Positions 18,433-25,243 of a stretch of DNA of 43,825 bases are shown here, in pieces. The stretch's first letter is position 1. Every line of letters begins with the position of its first letter. This DNA comes from an uncultured archaeon (GTDB lineage Archaea > Thermoproteota > CALKCG01 > B24). The stretch is taken from NCBI GenBank assembly GCA_938082915.1, contig CALKCG010000039.1, positions 1 to 43,825 on the forward strand, in the 5' to 3' direction. Made by a program: the position numbers and the translations under genes. The notes below the pieces were generated by a model. It did not search any database, was not told the DNA's origin, and saw only the letters and a list, made by a program, of their open reading frames with translations.

Positions 18433-20514
18433 CTAAAGCAGCGCCGACGATGATATGTCCATCAGTTTGATGTTCATTTTTTCGTTTCTTTTCTCAGGAG
18501 AAACGCTCAATTGCGTTATCTTACGCTCAGATTGTAATTCCTCGATTTTTCCCTCAAAAGAAGCTTGACCTTCGCTCCGATGAATACGCTCGTCAACCCC
18601 GGATTCTACAATATGAGTTTTCTCTTCATTCGAAGGCTTTCCTGGTTTGAAGTACTTCTCATAGAGCTGCTCCACAGTAAGCCTCTCCCCGGTGAAATCA
18701 TATATTATAAAATCTGGAGTCGGCGAGCGTATTCTTCTAAGCTCATCCCAGGCTTCTTTCAGAGTTTCAAGCCCAAAATTGAGGTCTGAGCGTAAAATAT
18801 CCTTTTTGATCGTTTTAAAATCAGTTAAAACCCTGTATATCTCCCTCCTCTTATCTTCCGGGTCTGGCTCTGATGTTATGAAGCCGGCGTTTTTTAAAGG
18901 CTTAAGGTAGTGTGTTCTAACCGTCACATCTGCAAGGGTCTTGCCGAGCTGTTTAGGCGTTGCGTCTACAAGCTCTCCAACTGTGAATGGTCCTCGAGAA
19001 TTCCAAACTGGTATGACGACCTTCTTGAAGAACTCTACCACGTTTCTAGAGAGCCCAGTCAAAATCGTCATTACGTCTTCTTCGCTGAAGAATAGCGGGT
19101 ATACTTCTTCAAAGTCTTCACGTGTGACGACTATGTACTCAGTGCCGTCTGCGAACACGAGCCTAGGCCTTGAGAAAACGTTTAAGGCCGCATGCGCCTG
19201 CAGTAGCGCTAGAAACCTGTCTACGTCACGCATCCTACGGCCAACATCCGCGGGGAACAGTTCGCCTATCTGCTTGTGATACGGTATCCAGAACATGGAG
19301 CCCTTTGGGTTTCCATGCGCCCTAACCTTACGCTTGACCTCTATAAGCCTATCTTTGACGGCTTCTAATGCCTCTCTAGCCCAATCCTCCTTATCGAGCT
19401 CTAGAATGGAGCTGAGTACTTGTATAGGCATGCCTCTCAGCATGGCTTTGAACTTTATGGCTGATCTATACTTCCTCTCACCCATGGATGGGCTTACAGT
19501 GGTAAACCTGCTCACGGTCTGCGTCCAATCGTCCTCGCTAGACTCACCCCTAGTGCGTATGAATATTGCGACTGGCCATCCGCGTAAGATGACGTGAACC
19601 GTTTTCAACGGGCCTCTAGCCTTGCGGTCTGTGAACTTGTAGTCCGCCTCGTAGACGTCGTGGCTCAGTATTGGATAGAGCTTCTTGAGCGTCTCAGGGT
19701 GTGGTCTATCCAAGAATATGAGTATCTTGTTCTCCAAGTCTACTAGGTATGCGGCTTTCGATGCGAGTTGCACGAGTTCTTGCCTAAGCCTCCTACGCTC
19801 ATCCCTGTCCTTAGTCTCCCTCAGCCTAGCTTGGACATCCAGTATCTTAGGCTCTAAAGGCTCCCTAGTCTCAGCGTCTACGAGTGCGCCGTGTTCGTGG
19901 GCTATGGCCGTAGGGCTAAGCCCCGCCAAATACCATATGTCGCCCTGAGGGAAGAGCCTAGCCACCTCCACGACTGGGTACGTCTTACCCTCGCTGGAAG
20001 GCGACTCTACGCCTAGGTTTGCAGGCTCAGTTATGTACGCGGTCACCATGTGTAGCGATGCCATCTTGACCATGTGGTCGTCTTCCTTGACCGTGCTACG
20101 CCTGATTTCGACGAGCCTATCGAACAGGTCCAAGCCCCTCAGCTCGCTTTCCATGTCGCTCTGCCCCCTCTGGATTGCGTTTACCAAATCGCCTTTGAAG
20201 TAGCTTACAACACCCATCCAAGCCGCGAATACGGATTTCGCACTCGCCTTAAGCTGCCCAGCTACCTCGCCAGTACTCAGGTTTAGGAGTTCGTCGAAGG
20301 CTAAAGGCTTTGACTTGAACCCATCCGTCTCGAAAAACCATAGACCGCCTTGCTTGACTACGCGGATGGAGGATTCGAAGTCTTCACAAGCATCGCATGC
20401 GGTATTCGACAGTAGGCATAGACCACCGTCGTAATGTACGCATTCGTCTCTAGCCCCTCCAGCTTTAAAGGAAAGGTTCAAACCCTTTAATTGAGGTGTA
20501 TTCTCTTGATTCAA
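18433..20514 (-). CDS. Large P-loop NTPase with N-terminal Cys cluster and C-terminal winged-helix domain (putative element replication helicase/initiator)
   Basis: 693 aa. Cys cluster CVHYDGGLCLLSNTACDAC, Walker-A-like SPSSEGKTY, Walker-B-like KILIFLDRPH. C-terminal wHTH-like FTVGELVDATPKQLGKTLADVTVRTHYLKPLKNAGFI. The architecture recalls plasmid/viral SF3-type Rep proteins; the function is inferred. Confidence 0.5.
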   Translation of the reverse strand: MNQENTPQLKGLNLSFKAGGARDECVHYDGGLCLLSNTACDACEDFESSIRVVKQGGLWFFETDGFKSKPLAFDELLNLSTGEVAGQLKASAKSVFAAWMGVVSYFKGDLVNAIQRGQSDMESELRGLDLFDRLVEIRRSTVKEDDHMVKMASLHMVTAYITEPANLGVESPSSEGKTYPVVEVARLFPQGDIWYLAGLSPTAIAHEHGALVDAETREPLEPKILDVQARLRETKDRDERRRLRQELVQLASKAAYLVDLENKILIFLDRPHPETLKKLYPILSHDVYEADYKFTDRKARGPLKTVHVILRGWPVAIFIRTRGESSEDDWTQTVSRFTTVSPSMGERKYRSAIKFKAMLRGMPIQVLSSILELDKEDWAREALEAVKDRLIEVKRKVRAHGNPKGSMFWIPYHKQIGELFPADVGRRMRDVDRFLALLQAHAALNVFSRPRLVFADGTEYIVVTREDFEEVYPLFFSEEDVMTILTGLSRNVVEFFKKVVIPVWNSRGPFTVGELVDATPKQLGKTLADVTVRTHYLKPLKNAGFITSEPDPEDKRREIYRVLTDFKTIKKDILRSDLNFGLETLKEAWDELRRIRSPTPDFIIYDFTGERLTVEQLYEKYFKPGKPSNEEKTHIVESGVDERIHRSEGQASFEGKIEELQSERKITQLSVSPEKRNEKMNIKLMDISSSALL

Positions 20515-20534
20515 ATTCCTACCACCCTTTGCTT

Positions 20535-20777
20535 CTACCGCTTACCTCTCCGCTTCAAGCGTCTTCGAATCGCATCTTCCAATATTGGACACCTAGCGTG
20601 GACGACCTTAGGATACTCTTCGACTTGAACGGGTGATAGGTATCTTCGGCTAATCGCGTGGAAAAACAGTCTAATGTCCGCCTCGCCTCTAGCCTGTTTG
20701 CCGCAAGCCTCATAACCGCATAGGTCGCAGCAGTCGCATATCACCTTGTTCTCATCTATTACTGCGAAAATCGGCAT
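20535..20777 (-). CDS. Cys-rich small protein (80 aa), probable zinc-binding
   Basis: CDCCDLCGYEACGK plus a distal HARCP. Co-directional in the operon, 13 nt downstream of the small RHH ORF. Confidence 0.5.
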   Translation of the reverse strand: MPIFAVIDENKVICDCCDLCGYEACGKQARGEADIRLFFHAISRRYLSPVQVEEYPKVVHARCPILEDAIRRRLKRRGKR

Positions 20778-20790
20778 TTTTTATCAGCCC

Positions 20791-20934
20791 TCAATTTCCA
20801 GTTTTTCCGGCCTTCTCCAAGAGACGCCTAACGACATCCTCGTACAGCTCGCCCTTACGCCCCAATCGCTTCAAAAGCTCTACGGTCTCCTTCTTCAAAG
20901 CTATCGTGGTCCAATTTTCTTTTACTCTGACCAT
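20791..20934 (-). CDS. 47-aa ribbon-helix-helix/antitoxin-like protein (below the ORF-track size cutoff)
   Basis: Hand translation: MVRVKENWTTIALKKETVELLKRLGRKGELYEDVVRRLLEKAGKTGN. ATG is preceded by GGAGGTTGAAAAT. The pattern resembles small archaeal CopG/VapB-like proteins (TI-x-L/I-x-x-E-x-x-x-x-L...). It displaces the antisense track ORF 20746-20970. Confidence 0.55.
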   Translation of the reverse strand: MVRVKENWTTIALKKETVELLKRLGRKGELYEDVVRRLLEKAGKTGN

Positions 20935-20948
20935 ATTTTCAACCTCCT

Positions 20949-21062
20949 GCCACGCCTAGTCTTATGCTAAGCGTGGCTTCAGGGGTTTGGAGAAATAGTT
21001 TAAGTGATCCTACCACCCTAGAAGGCGGATTAACCTAGAAGCCACGCAGCCTCTAGATCTAG
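20949..21062. repeat. Cluster of short direct/inverted repeats in a G+C-rich divergent intergenic region (candidate iterons/operator/origin)
   Basis: GCCACGC occurs at 20949-20955 and 21041-21047, with its complement GCGTGGC at 20971-20977. The 10-bp arms GCGTGGCTTC (20971-80) and GAAGCCACGC (21038-47) are complementary. Palindrome CTAGATCTAG at 21053-21062. Confidence 0.4.
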
Positions 21063-21288
21063 GCTAGATGAGGCGACTTATACTCGGCTGAAGCATAGTG
21101 TAAGCTGGGAGGATGCCACTCTCGGACGCTCGGTCTTAAGCCGAGCCGGGCGGCTTTTGTCATAGGCTCATCTCATAGCCTCTATCAATTATATAAGGTC
21201 ATCATATATAAACTTTTCTCTTTTTATAAACACTTCTCTTTAAGTAAATTTTAAATATGAGCTTTACGAAAGTTATACTCGGTGACCA

Positions 21289-21954
21289 TTGTTGAGTGGT
21301 AAGGGGAGGCCGAGTTTAGACGTCTACGGCAACCCCGTTTTCCTACAGACCATAACCCTCATAGCGAAAGGAGTGAATACCCCGGTCGAAATATCTGGAA
21401 GGCTGGGCTTAAAGCAGACCACGCTCGTAAAATACTTGAACATCTTGCGTAGAAATGGCTTCGTAAGGTATGGTGAGAAGAGCGGTAAAAACCAGCCCTA
21501 CGTCGTAAACTGGGATAGACTCGCCGAAGCCTTCATAGATACCGTCTTGGGTGGAAGGCTTTGGGTCAAGGCGTTGAAAGAGGCGGAGTTGATCCCCGTT
21601 GGAGAAAGACCACACGCCGAGGCCTTTCCCCCGTTGGAAAAAGTTGAGGAACTCATGGGGTTGAGCGTTAAGGAGCTGGCCTCGAAGGCTAGTGTCATAG
21701 ACATCGTTAGAGCAGGCTTGGAAGAGCTCGGCAAAAGTCCAGAGCTTGTTAAAAACTTGAAAATAGGCTTGAAAGAGTACTTCGCCTCTTTCGCTGATAT
21801 GCTTGCGAAGGTCAGAGGACTTTACGACTTAAACGTCGATGAAGAGCTGAGGAGGCTCTTCGAGGATATTTCAACCCGCCTACGTCATCCTGGGAGTTTC
21901 GACTGGTTCAATGCGATGAAAAAACGCGGGATAATTCGCGAAGTAAAAGCCTAA
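21289..21954 (+). CDS. Winged-helix DNA-binding protein (221 aa)
   Basis: TPVEISGRLGLKQTTLVKYLNILRRNGFVRYGEKSGKNQPYVV is an ArsR/MarR-like wHTH. TTG start. An A/T-rich TATA-like stretch (AAATTTTAAATATGA) lies about 30-40 nt upstream. Confidence 0.6.
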   Translation: MLSGKGRPSLDVYGNPVFLQTITLIAKGVNTPVEISGRLGLKQTTLVKYLNILRRNGFVRYGEKSGKNQPYVVNWDRLAEAFIDTVLGGRLWVKALKEAELIPVGERPHAEAFPPLEKVEELMGLSVKELASKASVIDIVRAGLEELGKSPELVKNLKIGLKEYFASFADMLAKVRGLYDLNVDEELRRLFEDISTRLRHPGSFDWFNAMKKRGIIREVKA

Positions 21955-21959
21955 ACGCG

Positions 21960-21997
21960 TTTTTCGATTTCTCCATTTTTTACGGTTCTAAGTTTTT
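21960..21997 (+). terminator. Oligo-T tracts immediately after the wHTH gene stop
   Basis: T5 at 21960-21964, T6 at 21976-21981 and T5 at 21993-21997. Archaeal intrinsic termination typically uses oligo-T. Confidence 0.4.
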
Positions 21998-22445
21998 ATC
22001 TTGAGTTTTAAAAGAATCAATGAATGCCGTACACTATCCGTTTAATTCCATCAATTGACCCTGCCATTCACCTACCCTTCTCGCTAAGCGAATAATATGC
22101 CCTATGGTCTTGAAGCTACGATTCTAGTCCTATAAGACTTCCCCATCCAAAAGACCTACTCTGGTGATATACCTTTGTGAATTTGATGGGCTTTGTGAAC
22201 TGGGATAAGGGCTGATCTTCAGAGGCGTCGACGGCTGGGAAGTCGAAGCTTTAGAAGTCTTTAACAGCTGTAATAAGGCCCCTCGACGTGAAATACCGTC
22301 GGAGGAAAACACATACTCCCAGCATACTCACAAAATGCACTAAGCTCCTCGCATGGCTTTACCACTCAAGCTCAGCCCTACGCCCTAGGCTGTGGGCTTA
22401 GACTTGGCGTAGAAGTACTCTTCATCGTAGTAGTTTTCGGCTGGG

Positions 22446-22895
22446 TTGCAGGTTCAGCTCAACACGAGTTTCAAACGTTTAAACGAAAGGTTAAAAACGA
22501 CACCTTCTCTCAGAGAATTACTGTTGGTGAATTCTTTGGTGTACGTTTCTAATTGGGCTAAGGCACTCATTGAAAAGTATTACGGTGCCTGCGGTCTTAA
22601 AGATTCCATCTTCCGATTAATAGAGGTGCTTCCAGACCGTTTAAACTTGAAACTGGGTAAGAGTAGGGACTTCTGGCTTAGAGAATTGGACGATCCTGCG
22701 TCCAAGATCCACGCGCTAAACCTATTGGATGGGGCCATAGAGCACTCTATCAACGTGGCGAAGCACTTATCTGAGAAAACTGGAGTAGAGTTCTGCAAAC
22801 ACCTCAGGGACTCGATAGAGCGAGACTGGATTGGAAGTTGGTTGACGGGCTACATAAGGAGCATGCTGTCAACATACTACAATTTAGGAGTTTGA
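22446..22895 (+). CDS. hypothetical alpha-helical protein (149 aa)
   Basis: ORF with a non-ATG start and no recognisable motif. Confidence 0.4.
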   Translation: MQVQLNTSFKRLNERLKTTPSLRELLLVNSLVYVSNWAKALIEKYYGACGLKDSIFRLIEVLPDRLNLKLGKSRDFWLRELDDPASKIHALNLLDGAIEHSINVAKHLSEKTGVEFCKHLRDSIERDWIGSWLTGYIRSMLSTYYNLGV

Positions 22896-22946
22896 CTATC
22901 ATTCGAGCCCACCGCCGCTCACTACCCATGGCTTAGACGCTCCTCT

Positions 22947-23260
22947 TTAAGATGTATTTGAGGCCGTGCTCCGTTTCTCCACGACGTTCATGAGCATGGT
23001 ATACGCTATCGTCAAGTCTTTCTCTGCGTCTTTAACGCTCTTGGTACCCACGCCTATCATCTTTCCGGACCCGAACACCGTGACTTTCCCTTTCATACCC
23101 TTGACCTTCACGTAAGCACACCTATACCTCGGATATCTAAGGTTTAGCTTTACGTACTCAGGAAGATCTCCAGCTAGACGCTCAAGGTCCCTCTGAATGG
23201 TAGGCTGCAGGTTTCGACCACGTTGACAATTCTAACGTCTATATGACTCGCATGTCCCAT
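22947..23260 (-). pseudogene. Single-repeat TATA-binding-protein (TBP)-domain gene interrupted by a 1-nt frameshift
   Basis: Hand translation. Frame A: MGHASHIDVRIVNVVETCSLP... stops at 23178. Frame B continues ...TIQRDLERLAGDLPEYVKLNLRYPRYRCAYVKVKGMKGKVTVFGSGKMIGVGTKSVKDAEKDLTIAYTMLMNVVEKRS*. RI-x-N-V-V and F-x-SGK-M-x-x-x-G-x-KS are hallmark TBP-repeat motifs. The total length of 314 nt is not a multiple of 3. Confidence 0.55.
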
Positions 23261-23419
23261 TTCAGACAACCCCTTTAGATCGTACTTCTTCTAGAGGCTT
23301 TACCCTCACCTCGCCTCCTCCAGGTCAGTACATCCACTCAATCCTTAACCTTATACCCTATCTTTTCCCTCTCATACTCCCCCGGTTTCATGAAGTGTAC
23401 CAGTTAGTCGGCAATTTCT

Positions 23420-23740
23420 CTACCTGTAATGACTAATCACGTATGAGGTTGGTTCGCCTATTACTCCCCTTTTCATATGTCTTCGGGACGATGACCGTTC
23501 TAAAGCACTATGCTCTGATTGTCCTACCACCAATCCACACTTGGGGCAAACAAACTCAGTCGATAAATACCAAGGTCTTGGCCGTTGACAGTAAGTTGGC
23601 CCCACTCCCTCTGGGCTTATTATTGGAATTTGTGGCTCGACTAGAGGGATGTTACATATGGGACATACCATAGACGATTCAAATTTCTTATCCCTAGGAT
23701 TGGATTTTTCTAAAACCTTTCTATTCTCCATGTTCGTCAT
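23420..23740 (-). CDS. Zinc-ribbon protein (106 aa)
   Basis: CPIC ... CPKC pairs. The second knuckle EFVCPKCGLVVGQSE resembles the TFB/TFIIB ribbon, but the spacing between knuckles is atypically long. Confidence 0.45.
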   Translation of the reverse strand: MTNMENRKVLEKSNPRDKKFESSMVCPICNIPLVEPQIPIISPEGVGPTYCQRPRPWYLSTEFVCPKCGLVVGQSEHSALERSSSRRHMKRGVIGEPTSYVISHYR

Positions 23741-23926
23741 ATTCCAACTAAGATTCCTCTACACTTATTATTTTTGCTCCCAATCAGGGAATTTGTTAGT
23801 GATGGGGAATTCGTCCATAAATCTGATGGACACCAACAAAATTCTTATGTAAGAGCGTTAGTCTAATTGTTGTTCTAGTATTGATTTAGGTGGCTTCAAA
23901 TCTAAAAGGGAAGGAGTAAGAAGATG

Positions 23927-24409
23927 TCACGTTTTTATGGCAGCAATTATCTCGCCTATGGCTTTGGACACTGCTTTCGCGCTATTGTGGGAGACCAACC
24001 TCTTCTCTTGTCGATCCCCGAGCTGCTCCGTCAAATCTAGTGCGAGTTCGACCATGCTCGTCAAGTAGCGCATAAGCGGCATCCCGCCGTGGAGCATTTT
24101 ATCGAGCACCTGTGCGTGAGTCAGGGGCTTCTGTTTTGCGTATACGGCCAGTAAGAACACGGTTAACGCTAGTCCAGCACTCCATGGGACTTTTACGAGG
24201 CTTCTACCGTTTTCCTTCTCAAGCGAATACTCGATTCTATTGATGTCTAGGGTTAAGAGTATATGCTTGTAGAGTTCGGACGCCCTCTTTCCTCCTAGCG
24301 TAATGTAGTATCGTGATTCTATGCTTGGAAATTTGACTCCCATCATGCACCTCTTAGGGTTCCTCGAGTGCTTGTATATCAGCCAGTATTCGCCCTCTGT
24401 CTTGACCAT
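23927..24409 (-). CDS. hypothetical protein (160 aa), last gene of the methyltransferase/ATPase operon
   Basis: ATG start 6 nt after the upstream stop. No motif recognised. Confidence 0.6.
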   Translation of the reverse strand: MVKTEGEYWLIYKHSRNPKRCMMGVKFPSIESRYYITLGGKRASELYKHILLTLDINRIEYSLEKENGRSLVKVPWSAGLALTVFLLAVYAKQKPLTHAQVLDKMLHGGMPLMRYLTSMVELALDLTEQLGDRQEKRLVSHNSAKAVSKAIGEIIAAIKT

Positions 24410-24415
24410 GAAGTC

Positions 24416-25243
24416 TCACCCCACTATCAGCATTGTTGAGAATGGGCTTAAACACGCTTTCTCCCCCGTGAACGCGTGGAGTAGGGAGCATCCATCTGGC
24501 TCTAGGGAGACGTCATATCCGTGGTCAGATAAAACTAGGACCGTGTAGTCTTCAGATAAGATGGCTATTTCAAACGCTATATCCTCAATAACTCTATGAA
24601 GGCTGACGGACATGTCGGACGTGCTCGGAAACTTTTCATACTGAGTTCTGTGGACCAGCTCATCAATGCCTCTCAGGACGGTATACCCCGCCGCCTTAAA
24701 CCTAGTTTTGAGAGCTTCTCCTACTGTGAACATAGTCATTTTTTCAAGTTGGGATTTGAGGATTATGGAAGTCAAATACTCGTATGTCTTAGTCGCACCA
24801 CCTGGATTTATCGAATACAGTAGCCCGTCTAAGTGAATAATTTTGGAGAACCTGTCGTAAAGGTATACGTATTCTGGAAGGGATAGGCAATCGCACAAGA
24901 CTACGTATGGTTTTTTCTTACGCGTCCTAAGGGCGGATTCGACTTTTTCAATAGCGTAGAGGATGCTCCCACCTGAAAGAATTAAGCCCTCCTTGGATAG
25001 TCTGTTCATAGAACCTATAAAGGCTTTACCTATTTCAACCGACTCCTCTAGTAGAGGATTGCGGGAAACTTGCTCGCAAAACTCTGGTCTACCGTAGGCT
25101 ACGCATAAACATGTAAAAAGCATATGCGCATATCTCTTTAACGATTCATCCCTCAGGGATAGTCTAATGGATTTGGAAAGCTTAAATGCATAGTCCCTAA
25201 GCAGGCTTAGGGAGGAGGACCACTCAACCCTCAACTCATCCAC
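24416..25243 (-). CDS. Miniature PglZ-like / alkaline-phosphatase-superfamily protein (275 aa)
   Basis: The ordered motifs YVVLCDCLSLPE (metal-ligand Asp region), NPGGATKTYEYL (nucleophile Ser/Thr region) and TVLVLSDHGYD (DHG motif) reproduce the PglZ/alkaline-phosphatase core layout. GTG start overlaps the ATPase stop by 8 nt. Confidence 0.55.
   Translation of the reverse strand: MDELRVEWSSSLSLLRDYAFKLSKSIRLSLRDESLKRYAHMLFTCLCVAYGRPEFCEQVSRNPLLEESVEIGKAFIGSMNRLSKEGLILSGGSILYAIEKVESALRTRKKKPYVVLCDCLSLPEYVYLYDRFSKIIHLDGLLYSINPGGATKTYEYLTSIILKSQLEKMTMFTVGEALKTRFKAAGYTVLRGIDELVHRTQYEKFPSTSDMSVSLHRVIEDIAFEIAILSEDYTVLVLSDHGYDVSLEPDGCSLLHAFTGEKACLSPFSTMLIVG

Larger units (their letters stand above)
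15728..21954. mobile_element. Core of an integrated plasmid/provirus-like element (integrase + replication/nuclease module); right boundary unresolved and may extend much further
   Basis: Intact integrase at the junction with housekeeping genes. There is an abrupt, visible shift to higher G+C. Seven co-directional, overlapping minus-strand genes include a Cas4-family nuclease and a P-loop/wHTH protein, next to a divergent wHTH gene. I could find no att repeats or tRNA target by eye. Confidence 0.6.

Noticed and set aside
20746-20970. 74-aa plus-strand ORF in the intergenic/5' region of the element operon.
   Set aside because: The opposite strand encodes a 47-aa RHH-like ORF (20791-20934) with an ATG, an SD-like GGAGG and operon-consistent spacing. 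The plus-strand ORF has no motif and would run antisense into the operon.
21128-21158. Hairpin with a 7-nt loop (GCTCGG-TCTTAAG-CCGAGC) that superficially resembles a tRNA anticodon arm. Considered as a tRNA or att remnant.
   Set aside because: Loop position 33 is C rather than the conserved U. No acceptor, D or T arms could be built from the flanks. No T-loop GTTCRANNC motif is nearby.
22130-22312. 60-aa minus-strand ORF in the gap between the wHTH gene and ORF 22446.
   Set aside because: Low-complexity Ser/Pro/Leu-rich translation at the minimum size, with no start context or motif.
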